Below are positions 7,422-16,189 of a stretch of DNA of 32,005 bases, piece after piece. The stretch spans positions 1 to 32,005 of the forward strand of contig CAYRNM010000004.1 in NCBI GenBank assembly GCA_964425465.1. The letters are read 5' to 3'. The position numbers were made by a program, and so were the translations under genes. Position 1 is the stretch's first letter. Every line of letters begins with the position of its first letter. This stretch comes from an uncultured Anaerolineae bacterium (GTDB taxonomy: Bacteria > Chloroflexota > Anaerolineae > JAYEMR01). The notes below the pieces were generated by a model. The model was not told the origin of the DNA, ran no database searches, and saw nothing but the letters and a program-made list of their open reading frames with translations.

Positions 7422-8512
7422 CTGCGGATGAACTCCTCTGCCCCGGCCAGGAAAGCGGCGATGTACCCCTCGGAATGGGCCCGCCCCATGTGGCCCACGC
7501 GGCACATCTTCCCCCGCAGAGGGCCCATCCCTCCGCCGATGAGGATGCCATGTTCGTGCCTGAGAAAGGCGGCGAACTCCTCCGCTGTCCGGCCTGGATA
7601 GGAACCCACGGCGGTGATGATGGGCGCAGCCAGTGGCTCTTCGACCATCAGCGGAAAGCCCAACTCGCGCAGGCCATCGCGCACCCTCTGGGCTGCCATG
7701 CGATGGCGGGCCTGAAAGGCGGTTAACCCCTCCTCTAGGATGCGTCGCAGGCTGACCTGCAGGGCCAGGATGTTGTTGGTGGGCAGCGTGGTGGGGTAGG
7801 GATGCCAGTCCGCCCAGTCACGGGCGTACTGGAGCCAGGTGCGCAGGTCCAGGTACCATCCACGGTGGGCAGGGTTGGCCTCGATCCGCTCCCAGGCCCG
7901 CTCGCTCACCGACAGCAGCGCCACCCCCGGCGGCGCAGCCAGGCACTTATTGGCCACGCTGATGCATAGGTCAATCCCCCACTCATCCACTGGCAGATCC
8001 ACCCCGCCCAGCGAGGAGACGGCGTCCACGATAAAGGGCAGGCCGTATTTCCGAGCCAGGGTGGCGATCTCCGGCAGGGGGTTCAGCACCCCGGTCGAAG
8101 TCTCGTGATGGACCACTGCCAGTCCATCCATTTTCTTCGTCCGCAGCCGGGTCTCCACCATCGCCAAGTCCAGTGGCTTCCCCCACTCACATGCGACCTG
8201 CTCCACCTCCAGGCTGTTGGCCTCGGCGATGGTTGCTATTCGCTCGCCGAAGAAGCCATTGGTGGGGATGAGCACCCGGGCCTCCGGTGGGAGGAGGCTG
8301 CCCAGGGCGGCGTCCAGCCCAGCGCTGCCCGGGCCAGGCATCAGCAGCACATCCCCCTGGGTCTGGAAGACCGCCCGCAGGAGTGCGACCACATCCCGAT
8401 AGACCTCCATCCACTCCGGGCCGTAGTGGACTGGTATGGGCTGGCCCATCGCGGCCAGCACCTCCGGCTCGACATCCACCGGGCCGGGGATCATGAGCTT
8501 GTATCTCTGCAT
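7418..8512 (-). CDS. class V PLP-dependent aminotransferase (serine-pyruvate/alanine-glyoxylate/AEP-transaminase-like)
   Basis: MQRYKLMIPGPVDVEPEVLAAM..., VVHHETSTGVLNPL, IVDAVSSLGGVDLPVDEWGIDLCISVANKCLAAPPGVA (Lys in the SxxNK context), and the C-terminus ...GKMCRVGHMG. The start at ATG 8512 is preceded by AAGGAG 10 nt upstream. The track ORF extends to 8626. Confidence 0.85.
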   Translation of the reverse strand: MQRYKLMIPGPVDVEPEVLAAMGQPIPVHYGPEWMEVYRDVVALLRAVFQTQGDVLLMPGPGSAGLDAALGSLLPPEARVLIPTNGFFGERIATIAEANSLEVEQVACEWGKPLDLAMVETRLRTKKMDGLAVVHHETSTGVLNPLPEIATLARKYGLPFIVDAVSSLGGVDLPVDEWGIDLCISVANKCLAAPPGVALLSVSERAWERIEANPAHRGWYLDLRTWLQYARDWADWHPYPTTLPTNNILALQVSLRRILEEGLTAFQARHRMAAQRVRDGLRELGFPLMVEEPLAAPIITAVGSYPGRTAEEFAAFLRHEHGILIGGGMGPLRGKMCRVGHMGRAHSEGYIAAFLAGAEEFIRR

Positions 8513-8648
8513 GGCTACCCAGCTCCTTGAACCGGCATCGTTCACAGCCTCCGACACAGCTCGTCGGCTGGCCTCGGCGAATTCTTCCACTTCGTGGGCG
8601 TAGAACTGGTATCCCTCGGCAGCCAAGCCGTTCCCCTCCTCTCCACAT

Positions 8649-9824
8649 TCACCACCGCGGCCTCAAGGGCACCCAATCGGGGCTTCGCCTGCGCATCTCT
8701 GCCGCGTCATCCCGCTCACCTTCCTGAAGCCGGATGTAGTTCTCCGCCAGCACTTGTACCCTCTCCTTGTCCAGCTCAACTCCCAGCCCTGGACCCTCTG
8801 GCACGGCCAGTTCGCCACCCACAAACTGGAGTTTTCCCCCGACGAGCACATCCTCCTCCACCCAGGGATGGTGAGTGTCGCAGGCGTGGAGCAGGTTGGG
8901 GATGGCCGCCGCCAGATGGACCATGGCGGTCAGCGATACCCCCAGATGGCTGTTGGAGTGCATGGAGAGCCCCAGCCCAAAGGCGCTACAGATGGCAGCC
9001 AATTCCTGGCTGGCCCGTAGCCCACCCCAGAAATGGTGGTCTAGGAGGATCACATCCACCGCGCCGGCTCGCACCGCAGGGGCGATGTGCTCAAAGGTGG
9101 TGACGCACATGTTGGTGGAGAGAGGCACCTCTACCCGCTGGCGCACGGCAGCCATGCCCGCGATTCCCCAGGTAGGGTCCTCCACATACTCAAGGCCCAG
9201 TTCCTGCGTTTCCCGGATGAAGCGCACCGAAGTCTCGGCCGACCAGGCAGCGTTGGGGTCAATGCGCAGCTCGTGGTCAGGGAAGGCCTCCCGCAGGAGG
9301 CGCATCGTCTCTATCTCCTGCTGGGGTGGCAGCACCCCTCCCTTCACCTTGAGGGTGCGGAAGCCATGCTCATCTACAAACCGGCGGGCCAGTTCCACCA
9401 TCGCCTCGGGGGTCAGGACCTCACCCCACCGGTCATCCCCGGCATACTTGAAGAAGAGGTAGGCGGAGAAATTCACTCCATCCCGCACCCGGCCACCCAG
9501 CAGGTCGCACAGGGGCCGCCTCGTGGCCCGACCAATGAGGTCCAGGCAGGCTACCTCGATGGCGCTGAAGGCGTGGGGATCGCGGATAAGGAGCCGCAGT
9601 CGGTTGAGGTCGTAGGGGTCGGCGCCCACTACTTTCGCCTCGGCCCGTTGCAGCGCCAAGAGCATCCTCTCCCCACCGTAGGTCTCACTCAGCCCCACCA
9701 GCCCTTCTTCGCTGTGAAGTCGGAGAAGGGTGCGCAGGGCGAAGGGGGCGTGCACGCCCCAGGAGTTGCGCAAGGGAGGATCGGGAAAGGCGATAGGGAT
9801 CAGTTCTAATTGGGTGATGCGCAT
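8649..9824 (-). CDS. enolase-superfamily enzyme, glucarate dehydratase-like
   Basis: It has LKVKGG (KxK), RIDPNAAW, YVEDP, STNMCVT, DHHFWGG and MHSNSHLGVSL. These parallel E. coli GudD FKLKGG / LDPNGAW / YAEDP / ATNMIAT / DPHFW / HSNNHFDISL (from memory). At 391 aa it is shorter than GudD. Confidence 0.8.
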   Translation of the reverse strand: MRITQLELIPIAFPDPPLRNSWGVHAPFALRTLLRLHSEEGLVGLSETYGGERMLLALQRAEAKVVGADPYDLNRLRLLIRDPHAFSAIEVACLDLIGRATRRPLCDLLGGRVRDGVNFSAYLFFKYAGDDRWGEVLTPEAMVELARRFVDEHGFRTLKVKGGVLPPQQEIETMRLLREAFPDHELRIDPNAAWSAETSVRFIRETQELGLEYVEDPTWGIAGMAAVRQRVEVPLSTNMCVTTFEHIAPAVRAGAVDVILLDHHFWGGLRASQELAAICSAFGLGLSMHSNSHLGVSLTAMVHLAAAIPNLLHACDTHHPWVEEDVLVGGKLQFVGGELAVPEGPGLGVELDKERVQVLAENYIRLQEGERDDAAEMRRRSPDWVPLRPRW

Positions 9825-9926
9825 TGCGCTCTCCTAACCAAAAGCACTCAGATATCAGTCCGCCTGTTCCACGGTTGATAGCTGATAACTGATCGCTGAA
9901 AGCTTACTTCCCCAATTCCTGCGGGA

Positions 9927-10656
<730 letters not shown>

Positions 10657-10667
<11 letters not shown>

Positions 10668-11445
10668 TTTTCATTCTCCTTTCCAGCACTCGGCTCAACG
10701 AGGAAAGGGCCAGGGTCATGATCAGGTACAGCAGGGCCACGGTGTTATACCCCTCGAAGGCGCGAAAGGTCCGTGAGATATACAGGCGGCCCATCTGCAA
10801 CAGGTCGGGCAGGGCGATAACCGCGATCAGCGAGGAGTCCTTAAGCAAGGCAGATAGGTCGTTGACTAGAGGGGGCAGGATGACCCGAAAGGCCTGGGGC
10901 AGGATGATGTAGCGCATGGACTGAAAGTAGGTCATGCCCAGGGAGCGGGCGGCCTCCATCTGCCCCCGGTGGATAGACTGGATGCCAGCCCGGTAGACCT
11001 CGGTCAGATAGGCCCCATAGCCGAACCCCAGCCCCATGATGGCCCGTTGAAGCAGGGGCGGATCGAAGGCCCCGCCGGTGGCGTCACGAACCCAGGGGCC
11101 GATGACGAAGCCGACGTACAGGATGATGACCAGCATGGGGAGGCCACGGATGACCTCGACGTAGAGGGTAGCGATAGCGTACAGGATGGGATTCTTGGAA
11201 ACGCGCCCCAGGCCCCCCATCAGGCCCAGCACCAGGGCCAGGGCGAAGGCCAACACGGTGGTCTGCAACGTCAGCTTGACCCCCTCCATAACGAAGCGGA
11301 TGACTTTGAGATAGGCCTCAGAGTTCAACACCGAGTAACCGACGAAGATGCCGAGGACGGCGATGATGACCGCCCACCAGGGAACGCGTCCCCAAGGGAT
11401 AAGCAAGGCCACGCTTCTCCTTGACTTTCCGACTTCAGAGTTCAT
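10657..11445 (-). CDS. polar amino-acid ABC transporter permease (HisM/GlnP family)
   Basis: YVEVIRGLPMLVIILY and EAARSLGMTYFQSMRYIILPQAFRVILPPLVN (EAA loop) are present. ATG 11445 (GGAGGGG 9 nt upstream) is preferred over ATG 11463. Confidence 0.9.
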
Positions 11446-11486
11446 GATTGGAATCCCCTCCATTCTCCCCTTTAACCCTCAAGGGC

Positions 11487-12431
11487 TCAATCTATGCGCA
11501 GGCGGGGGTCCAGGGCGTCGCGTAGGCCATCTCCCAGCAGGTTGAAACCCAGGACAGTCAACATGATGGCGACGCCGGGGAAGATGATGATGTGGGGAGC
11601 GGTGAACATGGAGAACCTTCCTTCGCCGAGCATGGCTCCCCACTCTGGAGTAGGTGGTTGGGCTCCCAGGCCGAGGAAGCTCAGCCCGGCCGCGTCCAAT
11701 ATGGCTGTAGCGATCCCCAGGGTGCTCTGGACGATGATGGGGGTGATACAATTGGGCAGGATGCTCCGAAAAAGCATCCGCATCGGGCCAACGCCAATAG
11801 CCTGAGCAGCCAGGATGTAATCTTGCTCTTTGACTGACAGGACCTGACTTCGAACCAGGCGCGCGTAGGTCGGGATGGAGACGATGGCGATGGCTACCAG
11901 CATGTTCATCAGCCCCGGCCCCAGGATGGCCACGATGGCGATGGCTAGAAGGAGGGCAGGAAAGGCCAGCATGATATCCATGACACGCATGACTACGTTG
12001 TCTGCCCCACCTCCCCAGTAACCCGATACAGCCCCCAACAAGGTGCCGACCACGATAGCGAAACTAACCGAGAGCACACCTACGCGCAGTGAGAGCCGAG
12101 CTCCATAGATGATCCGGCTCAAGATGTCACGCCCCAAATCATCTAGACCAAAAACATGCTCAGGTGAAGGGGGTTGACGTCGGATCTTTAGCTCCTGCGC
12201 GGTGGGATCATAGGGTGATAAAAGCGGAGCAAATAAGGCGCAGAGGAGAAAAACGCCAAGAATGACCAGGCCCACAATGGCCAACTTGTTTCTCAGCAAG
12301 CGACGCAGGGCATCGCGCCAAAGGCTGGTGAGGGCTCGCTCTTCAAATTGAAAAACAACGCTCCTTTTCTCTGGCAGCTCCATTGAGCCCCTCTTCTGTG
12401 CTGGGCTGACCACCGCGGGGCCATTTTTCAT
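11487..12431 (-). CDS. peptide/nickel-type ABC permease (DppC/OppC family)
   Basis: ...LLSPYDP..., VFGLDDLGRDILSRIIYGARLSL, and AAQAIGVGPMRMLFRSILPNCITPIIV (EAA loop). AGGAG lies 5 nt upstream of ATG 12431. Confidence 0.9.
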   Translation of the reverse strand: MKNGPAVVSPAQKRGSMELPEKRSVVFQFEERALTSLWRDALRRLLRNKLAIVGLVILGVFLLCALFAPLLSPYDPTAQELKIRRQPPSPEHVFGLDDLGRDILSRIIYGARLSLRVGVLSVSFAIVVGTLLGAVSGYWGGGADNVVMRVMDIMLAFPALLLAIAIVAILGPGLMNMLVAIAIVSIPTYARLVRSQVLSVKEQDYILAAQAIGVGPMRMLFRSILPNCITPIIVQSTLGIATAILDAAGLSFLGLGAQPPTPEWGAMLGEGRFSMFTAPHIIIFPGVAIMLTVLGFNLLGDGLRDALDPRLRID

Positions 12432-12472
12432 CTTTTCTCCTTTGACAGTCCCACTGAATCACTCTGTTCCGC

Positions 12473-13552
12473 TTAATCGAAGCGAATACGAGGATCCAGA
12501 TAAGCGTAGGAGATGTCCACCAAAAGGTTGATCAACACAAACATAAAAGCAATCAGCAAAACACCCCCTTGTACGGCAGGGTAGTCGCGGGCCAGAACGC
12601 GATCCACCACCAGGCGCCCCATCCCAGGCCAGGAGAAAATGGTCTCGGTCAGGATGGCCCCTCCCAAAAGGCCACCCAGCAGCAGGCCGATCACCGTGAT
12701 GACCGGCAGGAAAGCGTTTTTCAGAGCATGAACCAGGATCACTACCTGTTCCTGCAATCCCTTGGCCCGGGCGGTACGGATGTAATCCTGGCCCAGCACC
12801 TCCAGAAGGCTGCTGCGGGTCATGCGGGCGATGTAGGCCATGGGGATGGTGCCCAAAGCCAGGGAGGGAAGCACAAGGTGTTTGAGAACATCTATCAAAG
12901 CTGTCAGATTGCGGATGATAAGAGCATCAAGGATATAGAAGTTGGAGAGGAAATCGGTAAAAGCGATGATTTTGGCTCCAGTGGGTCCAGTGAGGGTCTC
13001 TTTGAGGTGATAGGCCTCAGCGATGGTCTTCAGTTCGACCCCCACTGTCAGGCGCATGGAGGGAGGCAGCCATTGTAACTTGAAACCGAAAAGGTACATC
13101 AGGATCAGGCCCAGCCAGAAGACAGGCATGGAGACACCCATCAGGGCTCCAACCATGGTGGTCAAATCGAAGAAAGAATTGTGGTGGTAGGCGGCCACGA
13201 TGCCGGCCGGAATGCCGATCAAACAGGCCACAAACATAGCCCCCAAGGTCAGTTCCACCGTGGCCGGCAATCGCTGGGCCAATTCTTCTGTGACCAGGAA
13301 ATTGGTACGCACAGAGCGCCCCAGGTCTCCCCGGGCAATTTTACTTACATAGCGTAAGTACTGGATAGGTATGGGATCATCCAGACCGTACGCCTTCCTG
13401 AAGCGAGCCACCTTCTCATCCGTGGCGTGCTCTCCCAGCATCACATCGGCCGGATCGCCCGGGATGAGGTGCATCATAGTAAAAGTGACAATCGAAATCC
13501 CCAATAAGACGAAAAATAACAGCAGCAAACGCTGGATAATGTAGCGGGTCAA
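12473..13552 (-). CDS. peptide/nickel-type ABC permease (DppB/OppB family)
   Basis: MTRYIIQRLLLLFFVLLGISIVTFTMMHLIPGDP..., DYIRTARAKGLQEQVVILVHALKNAFLPVITV, and C-terminus YAYLDPRIRFD. The TTG start at 13552 has AAGGAG 8 nt upstream. Confidence 0.9.
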   Translation of the reverse strand: MTRYIIQRLLLLFFVLLGISIVTFTMMHLIPGDPADVMLGEHATDEKVARFRKAYGLDDPIPIQYLRYVSKIARGDLGRSVRTNFLVTEELAQRLPATVELTLGAMFVACLIGIPAGIVAAYHHNSFFDLTTMVGALMGVSMPVFWLGLILMYLFGFKLQWLPPSMRLTVGVELKTIAEAYHLKETLTGPTGAKIIAFTDFLSNFYILDALIIRNLTALIDVLKHLVLPSLALGTIPMAYIARMTRSSLLEVLGQDYIRTARAKGLQEQVVILVHALKNAFLPVITVIGLLLGGLLGGAILTETIFSWPGMGRLVVDRVLARDYPAVQGGVLLIAFMFVLINLLVDISYAYLDPRIRFD

Positions 13553-13572
13553 ACGTTCATCTCCTTCTTAGA

Positions 13573-13607
13573 CTACAGTGCAGGGGGAAGATCCCCCTGC
13601 ACTGTAG
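13573..13607 (-). promoter_or_regulatory. perfect 16-bp intercistronic hairpin between the receptor and permease genes
   Basis: CTACAGTGCAGGGGGA-aga-TCCCCCTGCACTGTAG. It lies 24 nt after the receptor stop (13632..13634) and immediately before the SD/TTG of the next gene. No U-tract follows, so it looks like an mRNA stabiliser or processing stem rather than a terminator. Confidence 0.6.
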
Positions 13608-13631
13608 GGTATGGCCTGACACCGGATGAGC

Positions 13632-16046
13632 CTATTCTCCCTTGAACCCGCCGAAGAAGTCAGCGAAGTAGACGTACTCGTTGGTGTGGGCGGTAGCGCG
13701 ATAGGGATGATTGGGATCCCAGGCCCGCTCGATGTTGAAAAGCACGGCATCGGCGTTGAAGTCTGTCCCGTCGTGGAACTTGATGCCCTGCTTGAGCTTG
13801 ATGGTCCATACCAGACCGTCGGCGGAGACTTCAGGCATCCCATCGGCCAGCTTCGGCTCGATCTCAGTTGAGCCCGGCTTCCGGGCATAGAGCCCCTCGA
13901 AGATCTGGTTGGTGACCATGAAAGACTCGCCATCGGTCTCGTCCCAGGCATCCAGGCCCACGGCGTCGCCGGCGCGACCCCAGATGAAAGTGCCGGTAGG
14001 GGTTTCGATTGGCCACCAGTTCTCCAGGTAGAAGGGGTCAGGGACGATGTTCTTGACGTCCTTCTTGGCAGCGAAGGCGCCGGCGTTGTGCATCACCGGC
14101 ACACCGAGGGCGATGTCGTGGATGCGCTGGTTGGCCTGGTGGTACAGCTCGGTGCGCTTGGCGACATCGGGCTCAGAGCGGGCCTTGACCAGCAGGTCGT
14201 ACAGCTCCTGATCAGGCGGCCCCTTAGCCCAGCTATCGGTGGTGCCACTGAAGAAGGTGAACAGGTTGTTGTCCGGATCGCCAAAGTCGGACATCCAGCC
14301 CCCCATCCACAGGTCGGCCTCGTCGTGGCGGATCTTGTACAGGTAGGTGCCCCAGTCGTAGGTCACCAGGTGACAATTGATGCCAATGCTCTGGAGCTGT
14401 TTCTGCATGATCTCGGCGATCAGCTTGGCCTCCGGATAGTACGAGCGTCGCACCGGCAGATACCACAGGTAGATCTCCAGGCCCTCGGAGTAACCAGCCT
14501 GGGCCAGCAGTTCCTTGGCCTTTTCAGGGTTGTACTCGTAGTCCACGATCGCGTCGTTGTAGCCCCACATCAAGGGCGGCAGGTATTCCTTGGCCGTCTG
14601 AGCTGTCTTCGGAGCGATAGCCTCTACGATGGCTTGCTTGTCAATGGCGTAATTGACGGCCTGGCGCACCTCCAGCTTGTTGAACGGCTCGCGGTCGGTG
14701 TTCATCCCCAGATAGCCGATGGTGAAAGCCGGGCGAACGTACAGAGCCAAATTCGGGTCGGCCTCGATCACGGGGATGTCGTCAGGTCGGACGCTGTCGG
14801 CGCCGTCAATGGTCCCCGTCTGCAACTCCAGGAGCCGGGCGGCGTCATCCTTGATGACCCGGAAGACCATCTTGTCCAGCTTGGCCTTCTCGCCCCAGTA
14901 GTTGTCGTTGCGGACAATGGTGATGGTGTCCTCGGGCTTCCACTCCACGAACTTCATGGGACCCGTGCCCACCGGGTTCTTGAAGCTGTCTGCCATGTTC
15001 TTCTTGACTGCCTCTGGGCTGACCATGGGCATCATGGCCGAGGCCAACTGGGCCAGGAAGGGAGCATGGGGCCGGTGGAAGGTGAATCTCACGGTGTAAT
15101 CGTCCACCTTCTCCACCGACTTGAGCACGCACCTTGCCTCCTCAACTGGCGGTGCTGCTGGGGCCGCCGGCACGGCGAACCACTTGTTGTAGATCTCATC
15201 GTACTGGCCACTGGCTTTGACTGCGGCCAGACCGGCGTTGATGGCGGCCAGCACTTCGGGGCGCTCCTTGCGCACGGCGATGCCGTACTGCTCCTCGGTA
15301 TAGACGCCCGGCAGCACTTTGAGCTTCATCTCCGGGTTGGCCTTGACAATCTCAATGGCCGTCGGGCCGTCGGCCACGGCCGCGTCCACGTCACCGGCAG
15401 CCAGGGCCTGGAAAGCCAGGGTGTTCTCGTCGTACCGCACCACCTCAGCCTTGGTCTGCTCCGTCAGCCAGATGTCGCCGGTGGTGCCCAACTGGACGCC
15501 CACCTTCTTGCCCGCCAGGTCTTCGGGGCCCTTGATCCGGGTCTCGTCGGTGCGGACGGCGATCATCTGCCCAGCGTTGAAGTAGGGGTCGCTGAAGTCC
15601 ACGGTCTGGGCCCGTTCCTCGGTGATGGTGGCCGCCGAGATGACGGCGTCGAACTCACCGGAGGCCAGGGCCACGAAGATGCCATCCCAACGGGTGTTGA
15701 TGGACTCGAACTCGAAGCCCGCCGCTTTGGCGATGGCGTCGAAGAGGTCGGGGTCGAAGCCGATGATATTGCCCGCCTCATCCACCATCTCAAAGGGCGG
15801 GTACTCAGCGTTGATGCCGACTTTCAGTTTGCCGAGTTTGGCTGGCGTGGGCGTCACCACCACCACCTTCTCGACCGGCACCTCCTTGACCACCTCCTTC
15901 TCGACCGGCACCTCCTTCTCCACCACCACCGTCTCCACCACTTTCTCCCTAACCACCTGAGGGGTTGGAGCGCCGCAGGCGGTGAGAAGCAGGCTGACGA
16001 TCAGGCCCAAAGTCATGATGGTCCAAGCTCTATTGCGTATAAGCAT
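13632..16046 (-). CDS. fused ABC substrate-binding lipoprotein: family-3 (amino-acid) domain plus circularly permuted family-5 (DppA-type) domain
   Basis: The start MLIRNRAWTIMTLGLIVSLLLTAC (lipobox LLTAC) is preceded by GGAGGAG. The track ORF begins 11 codons earlier, at 16079. It is a single uninterrupted frame of about 800 codons. Domain details are in the three following entries. Confidence 0.85.
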   Translation of the reverse strand: MLIRNRAWTIMTLGLIVSLLLTACGAPTPQVVREKVVETVVVEKEVPVEKEVVKEVPVEKVVVVTPTPAKLGKLKVGINAEYPPFEMVDEAGNIIGFDPDLFDAIAKAAGFEFESINTRWDGIFVALASGEFDAVISAATITEERAQTVDFSDPYFNAGQMIAVRTDETRIKGPEDLAGKKVGVQLGTTGDIWLTEQTKAEVVRYDENTLAFQALAAGDVDAAVADGPTAIEIVKANPEMKLKVLPGVYTEEQYGIAVRKERPEVLAAINAGLAAVKASGQYDEIYNKWFAVPAAPAAPPVEEARCVLKSVEKVDDYTVRFTFHRPHAPFLAQLASAMMPMVSPEAVKKNMADSFKNPVGTGPMKFVEWKPEDTITIVRNDNYWGEKAKLDKMVFRVIKDDAARLLELQTGTIDGADSVRPDDIPVIEADPNLALYVRPAFTIGYLGMNTDREPFNKLEVRQAVNYAIDKQAIVEAIAPKTAQTAKEYLPPLMWGYNDAIVDYEYNPEKAKELLAQAGYSEGLEIYLWYLPVRRSYYPEAKLIAEIMQKQLQSIGINCHLVTYDWGTYLYKIRHDEADLWMGGWMSDFGDPDNNLFTFFSGTTDSWAKGPPDQELYDLLVKARSEPDVAKRTELYHQANQRIHDIALGVPVMHNAGAFAAKKDVKNIVPDPFYLENWWPIETPTGTFIWGRAGDAVGLDAWDETDGESFMVTNQIFEGLYARKPGSTEIEPKLADGMPEVSADGLVWTIKLKQGIKFHDGTDFNADAVLFNIERAWDPNHPYRATAHTNEYVYFADFFGGFKGE
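13635..14003 (-). other. SBP family 5 segment equivalent to the N-terminal ~1/4 of mature DppA, relocated to the C-terminus
   Basis: Residues 693-815 read TPTGTFIWGRAGDAVGLDAWDETDGESFMVTNQIFEGLYARKPGSTEIEPKLADGMPEVSADGLVWTIKLKQGIKFHDGTDFNADAVLFNIERAWDPNHPY...YVYFADFFGGFKGE*. This corresponds to DppA ...[45 protein letters not shown]...LNADDVVFSFDR...YEYFEGMGLPELI (from memory). Confidence 0.8.
14004..15131 (-). other. SBP family 5 segment equivalent to the C-terminal ~3/4 of DppA
   Basis: Residues about 317-692 read VLKSVEKVDDYTVRFTFHRPHAPFLAQLA...NPVGTGPMKF...PPLMWGYNDAIVDYEYNPEKAKELLAQAG...GGWMSDFGDPDNN...KDVKNIVPDPFYLENWWPIE. This is colinear with E. coli DppA from SEVKKVDDNTVQF to its C-terminus KEVKGYVVDPLGKHHFENVSIE (from memory). 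Confidence 0.8.
15174..15833 (-). other. SBP family 3 (PBPb, polar amino-acid binding) domain of the fusion protein
   Basis: KLKVGINAEYPPFEMVDEAGNIIGFDPDLFDAIAKAAGFEFESINTRWDGIFVALASGEFDAVISAATITEERAQTVDFSDPYFNAGQMIAVR...YGIAVRKERPEVLAAINAGLAAVKASGQYDEIYNKWF. This is a full-length domain (ORF residues about 83-302). Confidence 0.85.
15866..15917 (-). repeat. 30-bp tandem duplication inside the receptor tether
   Basis: The 22-mer CCTTCTCGACCGGCACCTCCTT occurs at 15866..15887 and at 15896..15917. It encodes KEVPVEKEVV/KEVPVEKVVV within the V/E/K-rich linker REKVVETVVVEKEVPVEKEVVKEVPVEKVVVVTPTP. Confidence 0.75.
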
Positions 16047-16162
16047 GTCTCCTCCTCTCGAATGCAGGTCTTGAAACACGGATGGACAGGACAGGAAAAC
16101 GGTCTCTCTTCGGCATCACCTCCCTTCGCAGAGAACTCATCACACGCCAGTCCAAAAGCAAG

Positions 16163-16189
16163 GGAGAAAGCAGGAGTCCTGCCTCCTCC
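16163..16189 (-). terminator. terminator-like hairpin inside the ~190-nt leader of the receptor operon (possible attenuator)
   Basis: The minus-strand RNA reads GGAGGAGGCAGGA-c-UCCUGCUUUCUCC (two G-U pairs) followed by CUUGCUUUUGG. It lies between the promoter at 16242..16269 and the start codon at 16046. Confidence 0.3.

Noticed and set aside
7422-7505. N-terminal extensions of track ORFs: 589 aa versus 561 aa here, 8513..8626 for the aminotransferase, 25092..25163 for the GT-C enzyme, and 16047..16079 for the receptor.
   Set aside because: The extensions overlap upstream genes or lack an SD, and they encode Arg/Gly-rich or non-homologous sequence. Internal starts have better SD spacing, ATGA coupling or a proper lipoprotein signal.
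12860-13080. A lower-GC patch inside the DppB-like permease gene that looked like a foreign insertion (RLTVGVELKTIAEAYHLKETLTGPTGAKIIAFTDFLSNFYILDALII...).
   Set aside because: E. coli DppB has a periplasmic loop in the same position (from memory). This loop is only about 20 residues longer and the frame is uninterrupted. It is most simply a variable loop, not an insertion element.
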